The position numbers and the translations under genes were made by a program. Under the pieces are notes generated by a model, which had not been told where the DNA came from, ran no database searches, and saw only the letters and a list, made by a program, of their open reading frames with translations. From NCBI GenBank assembly GCA_963825445.1, contig CAWGTM010000025.1, positions 29,976-93,975 on the forward strand: DNA of 64,000 bases, in the 5' to 3' direction. Positions 10,807-20,531 of the stretch are shown one piece after another (position 1 is the stretch's first letter; each line of letters opens with the position of its first letter). The stretch is from an uncultured Actinomycetota bacterium (GTDB lineage Bacteria > Actinomycetota > Actinomycetes > Mycobacteriales > Pseudonocardiaceae).

Positions 10807-12243
10807 GTGGCGCGAGGATACGACCTGGTCGTTGTCGGCGGGGGCACCGCCGGCATCATCGCCGCGAAGACGGCGGGTGGGCTCGGCGCGCGGGTGGTGC
10901 TGGTAGAACGTGGCCGGACCGGCGGTGACTGTCTGTGGACCGGTTGTGTGCCGAGCAAGTCCCTGCTGGCCGCCGCCCACGCCGCGCACCGGATGCGCAC
11001 GGCCGGCCGGTTCGGGCTCACCCCGGTGGACCCGGCGGTCGACTTCGCGGCCGTGATGGCCTACGTGCGCGGCGCGATCGAGCGGATCGAGCCGGTGGAC
11101 TCACCCGCGGCGCTGTCCGCGGCGGGCGCCGACGTCGTCACGGGCACGGCCGAGTTCACCGGCTTGGACGAGCTGCGGGTCGACGGCGAGCAGTTGCGGT
11201 TTCGTCACGCCCTGATCGCCACCGGCTCGGCGCCCACACTGCCGCAGGTGCCCGGCCTGCCCGATGTCGACCCGCTGACCAGCGACACCCTGTGGGAGCT
11301 GAACACGCTGCCGGAGCGTCTGGCGGTACTCGGCGGCGGACCGGTCGGATGTGAACTCGCGCAGGCGTTCGCCCGCCTGGGTGCGGAGGTGACGATCATC
11401 GAGGCCACCGGGCGACTGATCCCACGGGAGGAACCGCTGGCCGGTGCCACGTTGTCCGCCGCGCTGTCCGCCGAGGGGATCGGCGTGCGGATCTCGACCA
11501 CCGTGACCAGGGCTGTACGACACGAAGGCGGGGTACGGCTCGAACTGCTCGGCCCCGAGGGCTCCGGCAGGGTCGACGTCGACCGGGTGCTTGTAGCGAC
11601 CGGCCGGCGTCCACGCACAACCGGGCTTGGCCTCGCCGAGGCAGGGGTGCGCCTGGACGAGCGGGGCCACGTCGTCACCGACGCCAGGCTTCGCACCAGC
11701 AACCGCCGCGTCTACGCGGCCGGGGACGTCACCGGGAACCTGCCGTTCACCCATGTCGCCGGGATGCACGGCAGCATCGCCGCGACCAACGCGCTGCTCG
11801 GCCCGGTCCGGAGCATCGACCACGAACGGATCCCGTGGGTGACCTTCACCGATCCCGAGGTCGCCCACGTCGGGCTCACCGAGGACCAGGCACGGCACCG
11901 GCACGGCGAGGCCGTCCGGATCCGCCTGCTGAGCCACGACCATGTCGACCGTGCGATCGTCGAGGACGAGACCGACGGTTTCACCCACGTCGTGCTCGAC
12001 GGGAAGGGCAGGGTGCTCGGCGCGACCGTCGTGGCGCCGAGGGCCGGTGAGATGATCGCCGAACTCACCGGTCTGGTCGCCACCCGCAGGCGGCTGCGCG
12101 ACCTCGCCTCGGTGGTCCATCCCTACCCCGCCTGGTCCGACGGGGTCTGGAACACCGCCGTGGCCGAGTCGGCGCGCGTGCTCGGGTCACCGGTCATGCG
12201 CCGCGTCACGCGGGCACTGCTGCGTGCGCGTCGGTTCTGGTGA
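10807..12243 (+). CDS. Class I pyridine nucleotide-disulfide oxidoreductase (MerA/Lpd-like)
   Basis: GGGTAG, GGDCLWTGCVPSK redox disulfide, GGGPVG, HPYP; no MerA C-terminal CC pair. Confidence 0.88.
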   Translation: MARGYDLVVVGGGTAGIIAAKTAGGLGARVVLVERGRTGGDCLWTGCVPSKSLLAAAHAAHRMRTAGRFGLTPVDPAVDFAAVMAYVRGAIERIEPVDSPAALSAAGADVVTGTAEFTGLDELRVDGEQLRFRHALIATGSAPTLPQVPGLPDVDPLTSDTLWELNTLPERLAVLGGGPVGCELAQAFARLGAEVTIIEATGRLIPREEPLAGATLSAALSAEGIGVRISTTVTRAVRHEGGVRLELLGPEGSGRVDVDRVLVATGRRPRTTGLGLAEAGVRLDERGHVVTDARLRTSNRRVYAAGDVTGNLPFTHVAGMHGSIAATNALLGPVRSIDHERIPWVTFTDPEVAHVGLTEDQARHRHGEAVRIRLLSHDHVDRAIVEDETDGFTHVVLDGKGRVLGATVVAPRAGEMIAELTGLVATRRRLRDLASVVHPYPAWSDGVWNTAVAESARVLGSPVMRRVTRALLRARRFW

Positions 12244-12894
12244 CCGGCGGCGCAGCACGGCGCGGACGGTCAGTACCGCCTGCATCGCCGCGGCCGGCCG
12301 GACGAGGACCGGACGAGGCGCGTCCACCATCCGTCCGCGCGCGACACTCGTGCTCGTGACCGCGACCACGGGCACCACCCACGCGAGCAGCGCGACGGCA
12401 CGCACGCGACGGCTGGGTTCGCGGCGCAGGGCATGCCACGACCAGAACGCCGCGTCGGCCAGCGAGTCGGCGGCAGCCCCGAACGGCGACGTGGTGCCGA
12501 GTCCGCGAGCGAGGCGCCCGTCGACGACGTCGCTCGCGAGCGCGACGACGGGACTCGCCCACCCCGCCGTGAGTGCGGGCAGGTTGGCGCGGGTCAGGGT
12601 GACGGTACTGGCCATCCCGATGGAACGGTGGTGTTCCAGCATGCCGAGGTGGGTGGCCGCCAGCACCCAGCTGGTCACTGTCCACATGGGACGTCTCTGG
12701 TCGCCGAACACCACGAACGCCATGTGCAGCAGGGTGACCTCGCCCAGCGCGCGGGGTCTGCGCCAGGCCTGCCGGGCCGAGCGACGGGTCGCCTCCCACA
12801 GGAACCGTGCCCAGGCCCGCGGTCGCCACCGCCCCCGCCGCAACCCGTCGAGCAGCTCGTTGGTCGCCGCACGGCTTTCCGGTCCGGCCGTCAC
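12187..12894 (-). CDS. CDP-alcohol phosphatidyltransferase family membrane protein
   Basis: DVVDGRLARGLGTTSPFGAAADSLAD fits the DxxDGxxAR...GxxxDxxxD signature. Confidence 0.85.
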   Translation of the reverse strand: MTAGPESRAATNELLDGLRRGRWRPRAWARFLWEATRRSARQAWRRPRALGEVTLLHMAFVVFGDQRRPMWTVTSWVLAATHLGMLEHHRSIGMASTVTLTRANLPALTAGWASPVVALASDVVDGRLARGLGTTSPFGAAADSLADAAFWSWHALRREPSRRVRAVALLAWVVPVVAVTSTSVARGRMVDAPRPVLVRPAAAMQAVLTVRAVLRRRSPEPTRTQQCPRDAAHDR

Positions 12895-12967
12895 GGTCGC
12901 CGGCCCTCGTGTGGCCAGGGAGGGGAGGGTGGGCAGCGCTGCCGCGCAACGGGAACGAGCACCACGT

Positions 12968-13756
12968 CTACGCCTTCTCAGCGATCAGCAGCGCGTAACC
13001 GAGGAGCCCGTCGGCGACAGCCTGCCGGGCGAGCGCGGTGTACCGGAGCACGGCCACGACGTCCACACCGGACTCGGCCAGCCGGGAGGGCGCGGTCATC
13101 CGCAGCACCCGCACCCGGGCGTCGATCTCGTCGATCATGCGCGCGATCGCCGGGTCGTGGTTCTCGGTGTGCACGGTGCGCAGTCCGGCGCGTTCCAGGA
13201 TCGCCGAGTACTCGTCGAGTGGGCGGGCGTCGGCGATGCAGGCGACCCAAGCGGCCAGTGTCGTCAGCTCGTCCGGGAGCCCATCTTCGGAGACCGTGAC
13301 GTCGGTGATGCCGACCCGGCCACCGGGCCGCAGGATCCGCGCGAACTCGGTCGCGGCGGTGGACTTGTCGGGAAAGGTGCAGAACGCGCACTCGCACACC
13401 ACCGCGTCACAGGAGTTGTCCGGCAAGGGGATGCGCTCGGCGTCACCGACGTGGAACCGCACCTTGTCCGCCAGCCCGGCGGCGGCCGTCGCCGACCGTG
13501 CGAGATCCACTGTGGACTGTCCGAGGTCGACGCCGTCGACGGTGACGCCGTGGTCGGTGGCGAGTGCTCGTGCGGTCGCACCGGGGCCCGCCGCCACGTC
13601 GACGACCTGTTGGCCATCGCGCAACCGCAGTCGTTCCGCCAGCCGCCGGGTCAAGGCCGGACCGCCGGGATGGTAGGACTCGCCGAGCACGAGGGCGACG
13701 GCGTCGTTGCCGTAGGTGGCCGCGCAGCAGGCTTTGATCTCGTCCGGCGTGGTCAC
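12968..13756 (-). CDS. Class I SAM-dependent methyltransferase, ArsM/UbiE-like
   Basis: N-terminal CC (KACCAATY), YHPGG, VVDVAAGPG, VVCECAFC, WVACIADA; GTGA coupling to the radical SAM gene. Confidence 0.85.
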   Translation of the reverse strand: MTTPDEIKACCAATYGNDAVALVLGESYHPGGPALTRRLAERLRLRDGQQVVDVAAGPGATARALATDHGVTVDGVDLGQSTVDLARSATAAAGLADKVRFHVGDAERIPLPDNSCDAVVCECAFCTFPDKSTAATEFARILRPGGRVGITDVTVSEDGLPDELTTLAAWVACIADARPLDEYSAILERAGLRTVHTENHDPAIARMIDEIDARVRVLRMTAPSRLAESGVDVVAVLRYTALARQAVADGLLGYALLIAEKA

Positions 13757-15368
13757 TCCGGCACCGCCCGGCGGCCGACGTTGGTGGTGTCCGGTGCGAT
13801 CGCCGGGCTGTCGCCGTTGCTTGGCACGGTGGGCGTCGCGGCGATCTTGGAGCCGTAGGGCGAATCGACCACGACCGGCTGGAGTTCGATCGAGTTCGGA
13901 ACCACGGGGGCGACCTTCACCCCGGACATCCGCTCCCGCACCTGCTCGCGGTAACCGACGGAGTTGTAGGCGCAGAAGGGAATCAGCCGCCCGTCCGGGG
14001 TGATCTCCTCCACGCAGCACTTCATCAGCTGCTTGACGTTGAGCGTGTAGGGGTCCTGGAAGTCCTGCACCACGATCATGAACGCCCGGTCGGTGAGGTT
14101 GGCCAGCGCGTCGGGCAGGTTCACCCCGCACGCGTCGGCGCAGTCGAGTGCCTCGGTGGTCTGGCGGAGTCGTTCTTCGGTGGTGGCGGTGCCCATGAAC
14201 GCCGAGGCACTCCACAGCTTCTCCAGCGCCTCCCGAACCGCGTAGTCGGGCACCACCCGGTTGGACACGTAGTCCAGATAGTCCTCCACCCGCAGCAGGC
14301 GAGGAATCGGCACCACACCGAAGTCCGGTTGCCCGAGTGTGCCGTCGGTGAGCAGGTAGGTGATCGACCGGCAGGTCGGGAAGCAGCAGGGCACCGGGAA
14401 GAAGTCGTCCTTGCCGAACCACTCCGGGCGTTGCGCCGCGATCAGCTCGATGATGTCGGAGTTGGTCAGCCGGGTCAGCGGGTCGAACTCCACGTGCCGT
14501 CCGGAGTGGGTGACCGGCTGGAACGACACCGACCGCACCGCCGGATGCGCCAGGCCGAACTCGACGATGTCACCGAGTTCGTGCTCGTTCAGGCCGCGTT
14601 CGACCGCCGCGACGAGGGTGACCGTGAGCCCGGCCTCGGCGCAGTTGTCCAACGCCTGCCGCTTGCGTTCTCGAAGGTCCTTGCCTCGGATCTCCCGGTG
14701 GGTGCGTTCGTCGAAGCCGTCGAACTGCAGGTAGATGTTGATCGACTTGCCGCCCGGCCGTTGCGTTCCCCCAGCGCGGTGACGAACCGCCTGTCGGTCG
14801 CCAGGCGGATGCCGTTGGTGTTGAGGTTGACGTTGCGGATCGGCTTGGCCTGCGCCAGGTCGATGAAGTCGAGGATGTGCTTGTGGATGGTGGGTTCCCC
14901 GCCGGAGAACATCACCACCTCCGCCTCGCCCTCCGACGCGACGAACACGTCCAGCATCCGGTCGCACTGTTCCAGCGTGATCGAGTACCCGTCCGGCTGG
15001 TGGCCGGAGTCGGCGAAACAGATCGGGCAGTCCAGGTTGCAGTTCGTGTTGACCTCGATGATCCCCAGACACGCGTGCTGCTTGTGCTCCGGACACAGGC
15101 CGCAGTCCGACGGGCAGCCGTCCCGGACCTCGGTCTGGAAGGTCAGCGGGATCGTGCCGGGCTTGTTGAAGCGTGCCGAGTCCAGGTAGGCCTGGGCGTC
15201 GCCGTAGACCAGCGCCTCGAACCCGCCGTGTTCCTTGCACCGCTTGCGCAGATAGACCTTGCCCTCCCGGATGTTGACCTGGGCGTCCACCACCACCTTG
15301 CACACCGGGCAGATGCTCTTGGTGTACTCCAGGAAAACCTCGTCCCGGTCCCGCTTCTGTTGCGCCAC
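13753..15368 (-). CDS. Radical SAM enzyme of the MJ0619/tetraether synthase (Tes/GDGT-MAS)-like family, with one frameshift near 14760
   Basis: CPVC...CKEH, CPSDCGLCPEH, CNLDCPICF, SGGEPT, NTNG, YLQFDG, KCC...PDGRLIPFCAYN; the halves join if one C is added at AAC(C)GG. Confidence 0.8.
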
Positions 15369-15640
15369 GTGCCGCTCCCAGGTCGAGGTCGGTCAACTGT
15401 CTCCAGAACAACTTCACCAGGTCGAGATGGGAAGCGCAGCACGAGTGTCGACGCCTCGTTTGGAGTCGACGGTCGTACGCCGGCGGCGTACTCGAGTGAC
15501 GCACGCGGGACCGAACCCGCCGACGTACTGTGATCGGGGTCAGAGCCCGACAGACCACGGTGTTGTCAGCACGCTGACATTCCCCGCGTGAACAGCGCAC
15601 CCGCTGTCGTGCGATGGCAGTATCGGGCGAGAGGAGTGCC

Positions 15641-16033
15641 GTGACGACTGACAAGGCGAGCGAACAGACAGCCTCCACTGCGGCGAGGCCGGACTCCGAT
15701 CGGCTGCCGATGTGGCGGATCGGGCTGACCGGTGGGCTGGTCGGCATCCTGTGCTGTGTGGGGCCGACCGTGCTGGCGCTGGTGGGCATCGTCAGTGCGG
15801 GTACCGCGTTCGCGTGGGCCACCAACCTCTACGACAACCACGCCTGGTGGTTCCGCCTCGGTGGACTCGCGGTGCTCGCGTTGCTCGTGTGGATCTCCCT
15901 GCGCCGCCGCGACCAGTGCAGCATCGCCGGTGTCCGGCGGTGGCGCTGGCGACTGCTCGCGGTCCTGGGGATCGCGGTGGCCACCTACGTAGCCCTGTAT
16001 GGCCTGACCACCTGGCTGGGTACCTTCGCCTGA
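15641..16033 (+). CDS. Small membrane protein with an intramembrane CC motif (MerT/MerF-like)
   Basis: GILCCVGPTVL in TM1, three predicted TM segments, loop Cys; GAGGAG upstream of GTG. Confidence 0.7.
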   Translation: MTTDKASEQTASTAARPDSDRLPMWRIGLTGGLVGILCCVGPTVLALVGIVSAGTAFAWATNLYDNHAWWFRLGGLAVLALLVWISLRRRDQCSIAGVRRWRWRLLAVLGIAVATYVALYGLTTWLGTFA

Positions 16034-16216
16034 TCGCCGCCGGTGTTCATCAGGCGCGTTTCGCGTTGCGGCACAGGAGGTCGGCGAGCTGGCCGAGTTC
16101 GTTGGAGGTCCGGCTGCCCAGCAGCACGACGTGGTCCTGGTACTCGTTCGAGGGGATGCGAGGAAGCAGCCGAGGTAGTCACCGCGCATAGCGGGCTCGT
16201 TCACCGACAGATCTGG

Positions 16217-16699
16217 TCACGCGGTCGGAAATGGTCGGCTACGTCGGCGCTGGACCGGGACCGGGGTGGTCGTGGGACCGTGGATCGGCGGTGAGTGGAG
16301 GGTGGACAGGTCCACGATGGACTCGATGGACTCGTCGGCCATGAGTTCGGCCCAGTAGGTCTTGGCGTGTCGCCGTCGTTCGACACCCCAGCGTTTGGAC
16401 AGTCCGTTGACGAGCGTCAGTTCTGATCTCGACTCGTCGTCGTCGATCGTGGAGCAGTCGTCGACGGCCACCACGAGGGTGTGGGGTCGGTGGACGGTCA
16501 GTTGGAGCACGTACGGCGGTCGGCCGTGTCGGCGCGCGTTGGCGATGAGTTCGTCGGCGACCAGGGTTGTGCGCAGCCTGGTCAGTGTGGGCAGTTGGTT
16601 GAGTGCGTGTCGGATCCACGTGCGGATCGCGTCCGCCGGCGGGTCCTGGTCCGTGGGCATGATGAGGATCGCGCTGTGCTCGCTGAGCGGCATGGTCAT
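16217..16699 (-). CDS. RsbW-like HATPase (ATP-binding/anti-sigma) protein, degenerate G-box
   Basis: LVADELIANARRHG, RWGVE, KTYWAEL; ATGA coupled to the upstream regulator. Confidence 0.7.
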   Translation of the reverse strand: MTMPLSEHSAILIMPTDQDPPADAIRTWIRHALNQLPTLTRLRTTLVADELIANARRHGRPPYVLQLTVHRPHTLVVAVDDCSTIDDDESRSELTLVNGLSKRWGVERRRHAKTYWAELMADESIESIVDLSTLHSPPIHGPTTTPVPVQRRRSRPFPTA

Positions 16700-17388
16700 G
16701 TCGGCTCCCGTTCGGTGTCCGCGCGCGGCACGGCGGCGTACCTGCTCGCGCCGAGGCAGCCGATCAGCGACCGCACGGCGGCGCGGTTGCCGGAGAGGAC
16801 CAGCGTTCGCTCGCGGACCGCCTGCAGCCAGGTCTGGTGGCCCAGCCACACGGCCGCCAGGCCGCCGATGGTGCCGGCGAGCCGGACGGTGGCGTCCGTG
16901 TCCCGGGTGCGGGGCTGTGCGGTGGCGCCGGTCTTCGACAGTTCGATCCACCAGCGGCGGGGTGGTGGCGCGTCGGTGAGGTTGATGTCCACGGTGAGCG
17001 GTGTGGCCGGCAACCGTTTCTCGTTGATCTCCCGGCAGATGTCGTACACGAGCAGTTCGGCGTTGAGATCACCGATGCTGGGTCGGTCGAGCCAGCGTTG
17101 CCCCCAGCGGCCGAGCTGCTCCACGAGCGGCCGGAGCTCGAGGCCCGCGGTGGTCAGCCGGTAGCGCTTCTCGCCGCGGTCGCCCGGCAGATGCGTGACC
17201 ACGCCGCTCGACTCCAGCGTGCGCAGCCGTGCCCCCAGCAGGGCCTGCGACATCTTCGGCAGACCTTTCGCGATGTCGACGCGCCGCTCGCTGCCTCGCA
17301 TGAGTTCACGCAGGACCAGCAGGGTCCACGGTTCGGTCAGGAGTTCCGCCGTGCGGGCGATCGGACAGTGCTGCTCGTAGCGGTACAT
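16696..17388 (-). CDS. HxlR-family winged-helix regulator with SCP2-like C-terminus
   Basis: YEQHCPIARTAELLTEPWTLLVLREL, YRLTTAG, WGQRW. Confidence 0.88.
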   Translation of the reverse strand: MYRYEQHCPIARTAELLTEPWTLLVLRELMRGSERRVDIAKGLPKMSQALLGARLRTLESSGVVTHLPGDRGEKRYRLTTAGLELRPLVEQLGRWGQRWLDRPSIGDLNAELLVYDICREINEKRLPATPLTVDINLTDAPPPRRWWIELSKTGATAQPRTRDTDATVRLAGTIGGLAAVWLGHQTWLQAVRERTLVLSGNRAAVRSLIGCLGASRYAAVPRADTEREPT

Positions 17389-17448
17389 CGGCTCCCCGGC
17401 TCGGTTGACTTCCCCTCGTCATCCTGACGGGCGAGCGCGCCGGTCAAC

Positions 17449-17464
17449 CTGACGAAGTTCTGAC
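17449..17464. promoter_or_regulatory. CTGAC-N6-CTGAC direct repeat, possible OmpR-family box
   Basis: 11-bp periodicity in the divergent region upstream of the response regulator. Confidence 0.35.
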
Positions 17465-17594
17465 AATTCGGCGGGCACGGCCGGCAGGGATGGCCGGGCG
17501 CGGCATTCGCCAGTAGGAACGCCTCATGGCCGACAGTCAGGACCACCGCGCCGAGCCCCGTAGGATCGGCCCCGAACCTGGGGGCGATGCTGAG

Positions 17595-18299
17595 GTGACG
17601 GTCAGCCTGCTGCTCGTCGAGGACGACGCGCGGATCCGCAAGGCGCTGCGGCTCGCGCTGACCGACGAGGGCTACCGCGTGATCGAGGCGGCCACCGGTG
17701 AGGGTGCGTTGGCCCGGCTCGCCCTCGATCCGGTCGCGCCCGATGTCGTGCTGCTCGACCTCATGCTGCCCGGCATGGACGGTCTCGAGGTGTGTGCGCG
17801 TCTGCGCGAACTGGGCGACCTGCCGATCATCATGGTCACCGCGCGCACCGCGTCGCACGAGATCATCGCCGGTCTGGAGGCGGGCGCCGACGACTACGTC
17901 ACCAAGCCCGTGGACGCGGGCGAGCTGAGCGCCCGCATCCGTGCGCTGCTGCGCCGCGCCCGGGCCGTCGACCCGGACACCCCCGGTGCGATCGAGCTCG
18001 GTGACCTCAGCGTGCGGATCGCCGAGGGCCGGGTGACCCGCGGCGCGGGCGCCGACGCCGAGGAGATCCCGCTGACCAAGACCGAGTTCCGGCTCCTGTG
18101 CGCACTGGCCGCCGCGGGCGGCGCGGTGGTGACCCGCGAGCAGCTGCTGGAACGGGTGTGGGACTACGACTACTTCGGCGACACCCGGCTGTTGGACGTG
18201 CACGTCCGCCGGCTCCGCCGCAAGATCGAACCGGATCCCGGGCAGCCCACCCTCATCATCACGGTGCGTGGGACGGGCTACCGGGCAGGAGTGCCGTGA
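17595..18299 (+). CDS. OmpR/MtrA-family response regulator
   Basis: LVEDD, LDLMLPG, GADDYVTKP, GDTRLLDVHVRRLRRKIE. Confidence 0.93.
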   Translation: MTVSLLLVEDDARIRKALRLALTDEGYRVIEAATGEGALARLALDPVAPDVVLLDLMLPGMDGLEVCARLRELGDLPIIMVTARTASHEIIAGLEAGADDYVTKPVDAGELSARIRALLRRARAVDPDTPGAIELGDLSVRIAEGRVTRGAGADAEEIPLTKTEFRLLCALAAAGGAVVTREQLLERVWDYDYFGDTRLLDVHVRRLRRKIEPDPGQPTLIITVRGTGYRAGVP

Positions 18300-19654
18300 G
18301 CCGACTGACGTTGCGGACCAGGGTGATGGCCTCGTTCGGCCTGGTGTCCCTGGTGGTCGCCGGCACGCTCGCGTTGGCCACCTGGCACCTGGCGACCGGC
18401 TACATGGTCGACCAGCGGGAACGCAGCGCCATCACGCAGGCCACCGGCAACGCGCGGCTCGTTCAGGCGGCGCTGGACCGCGGCTCGGCCGGACTGTCCG
18501 AGCTGATGACCGGCCTGGGCGCGGAGGTGGAGTCCGCGGTGCTGCTGGTCGATGACGGCGAATGGATCAGCGGCGGCAACCTCGTCGACCCCAGACGCCT
18601 GCCCACTCCCTTCCTCGACATGGTCCGGGGCGGCACCGCGGCCCACCAGCGGACGGTGCTGAACGGTGTTCCCGTGCTCGCCGTCGGTCTGCCGCTGGAG
18701 GAGCTGTCGGCCACCTACGTCGAGGTGTCGCCGATGCGCGAGCTGGATCGGACGTTCCGGTACCTCAGTTGGATCCTCGTGGCCGGCACCGCCGCCAGCA
18801 TGCTCGCCGGCGCGCTGCTCGGCCGCTGGGCGACCACGAGCGCGCTGCGCCCGCTGCGCAAGGTGACCGACGCCGCGGCCAGGGCCGCGCGGGGCGATCT
18901 CGGTGTGCGACTGCCCGCCACCCGCGACCCGGACCTCACCCCGCTGGCCGACGCGTTCAACGACACGGCCGAGAAGCTCCAGGCCCGGGTGGCGCGCGAC
19001 ACCCGTTTCGCCGGCGACGTCAGCCACGAGCTGCGCTCGCCGTTGACCACCATGCTCAACGCCATGTCGGTCCTGCACCGACGCAGCGCGGACCTCCCGT
19101 CGAGCACCCGGCAGGCCGTCGAACTGCTCGACACCGACCTGCGCCGGTTCCGCAGGATGGTGGACGATCTGCTCGAGATCTCCCGCGACGACCCGGACGA
19201 CCGGTCGACGTTCGAACAGGTCGACCTGGCCGAGCTGGTGCTCGCCACGATCACCCCCCACGGCGCGTTGCGTGCCGACGCGGTGGAGGTCTCCGCCCAC
19301 CCGCACGTCCTCGGTGACCGGCGCCGGCTGGAACGAGTGGTGGCGAACCTGGTGGACAACGCGGAGCGGCACGGCCGGGGTGTGGTGCGGCTGGGTGTCG
19401 ACAGTCGGGACGGCCGGGCGCGGCTCGAGGTCGACGACGCCGGCCCCGGCGTGCCGGAGGACGCGCGCGAGCACGTGTTCGAACGCTTCGCCCGGGGATC
19501 GCCGGCCGACCGCGACGCCACCGACAGCGGCGTCGGACTCGGCCTGGCACTGGTCAGCCAGCACGTGCGCAGACACGGCGGCCACGCCTGGGTGGAGGAA
19601 AGCCCGGCCGGAGGCGCGAGATTCGTGGTCGAGCTGCCGGAGGTCGTCGAATGA
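18296..19654 (+). CDS. HAMP sensor histidine kinase
   Basis: Two TMs, HAMP, DVSHELRSPL, NLVDNA, DAGPG, GVGLGL. Confidence 0.93.
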   Translation: MSRLTLRTRVMASFGLVSLVVAGTLALATWHLATGYMVDQRERSAITQATGNARLVQAALDRGSAGLSELMTGLGAEVESAVLLVDDGEWISGGNLVDPRRLPTPFLDMVRGGTAAHQRTVLNGVPVLAVGLPLEELSATYVEVSPMRELDRTFRYLSWILVAGTAASMLAGALLGRWATTSALRPLRKVTDAAARAARGDLGVRLPATRDPDLTPLADAFNDTAEKLQARVARDTRFAGDVSHELRSPLTTMLNAMSVLHRRSADLPSSTRQAVELLDTDLRRFRRMVDDLLEISRDDPDDRSTFEQVDLAELVLATITPHGALRADAVEVSAHPHVLGDRRRLERVVANLVDNAERHGRGVVRLGVDSRDGRARLEVDDAGPGVPEDAREHVFERFARGSPADRDATDSGVGLGLALVSQHVRRHGGHAWVEESPAGGARFVVELPEVVE

Positions 19655-19857
19655 GTCGAATGATCCGACACCGGGTGGCCACGGCTCTCGCCGGCCTGAC
19701 CCTCACCGTCGCCGGCTGCGGCGTGGGGAGCGAGGACCAACCACAGCCCATCGAGGACACCTCCATCCCCCGGCTGCCGGCGACGCCGAGCGTGGATGTC
19801 GAGTCCGGACCGTCGTCCACCACGACCTCCACGACAACGACCACGCCGACGCCCTGA
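19651..19857 (+). CDS. Short Thr-rich lipoprotein (possibly a truncated GerMN/LpqB-type partner)
   Basis: Lipobox VAGC, ATGA coupling to the kinase, 68 aa. Confidence 0.6.
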   Translation: MSRMIRHRVATALAGLTLTVAGCGVGSEDQPQPIEDTSIPRLPATPSVDVESGPSSTTTSTTTTTPTP

Positions 19858-19955
19858 CGCTGCCTTGCGGTTGTCTGACACTCTCCGCCGGTCGCGGGAC
19901 GCTCACCGGCCGACGAACCACAATCAGGGGAGTGACCGACGACGGCAGGAGAGTG

Positions 19956-20531
19956 ATGCGGCACCGCAGGACCAACACCGACGAGGGTGGGACACCGCCC
20001 GCCGGCCGCCCGCCCGCCGTGGTCGCGGTCGAGGTGGTCATGCTGTGGCCGCGAGACGTCGGTGGCGCGGCCGTCACCTCCGGCGAGGCCGGGTTGTGGC
20101 CGGTGTTCGTGATGGTCGTCGACGACTCACGAGAGCCGCCGGCGCCCGCCGCCAAGCCGCTGTTCGACCTGTTGGACCGGCCCAAGCAGGAGGGTGAGCT
20201 GACCGTCGTGACCGGCCGCTGCCGCTGGTCGGTCGTCGATCCGAGAACGGCGTTGCTGTGGTGCGACGTCCAGGCGGCCAACCCGGTGCCGTTCGACGTC
20301 CGGATCATGCTGCCCGCCGAGCGGGTGCTCGGCATCCTCGACGTGGTCGCCCGCGGCGACGCGACGATCGGGATCACGGGCCGACGGCACGCCTGGCGAC
20401 TCACCGGTCGCGTCGACGTCCGCGCCGCGTTGCGCGACGTCGTGCTGCTCAGCTGCGCTCCGTCGAGCGAACTCGCCACCATCGGGCGCACCTTGCTCGG
20501 TGCCCGCCATCACCGGAGTGCCGGGAAGTGA
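19956..20531 (+). CDS. Hypothetical protein
   Basis: AGGAG RBS, GC3-biased codons, coupled to the next gene. Confidence 0.6.
   Translation: MRHRRTNTDEGGTPPAGRPPAVVAVEVVMLWPRDVGGAAVTSGEAGLWPVFVMVVDDSREPPAPAAKPLFDLLDRPKQEGELTVVTGRCRWSVVDPRTALLWCDVQAANPVPFDVRIMLPAERVLGILDVVARGDATIGITGRRHAWRLTGRVDVRAALRDVVLLSCAPSSELATIGRTLLGARHHRSAGK

Noticed and set aside
10807-12243. Calling this gene merA
   Set aside because: No C-terminal CC pair, no NmerA domain and no merR nearby
15369-15825. N-terminal extension of the 690-aa ORF or a RiPP precursor for the radical SAM enzyme
   Set aside because: The extension arises from the frameshift; no credible small ORF with RBS found
16045-16165. Protein-like minus-strand stretch IPSNEYQDHVVLLGSRTSNELGQLADLLCRNAKRA*
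   Set aside because: No start and no family I can recognise; possible remnant only
17515-17535. AGGAAC...CGACA as another SigC promoter
   Set aside because: Spacer is 10 nt, not 17
20515-20529. GGAGTGCCGGGAAGT, a partial match to the leader motif
   Set aside because: Lacks CTGGTCGGC and the hairpin, and lies in a coding overlap; probably chance
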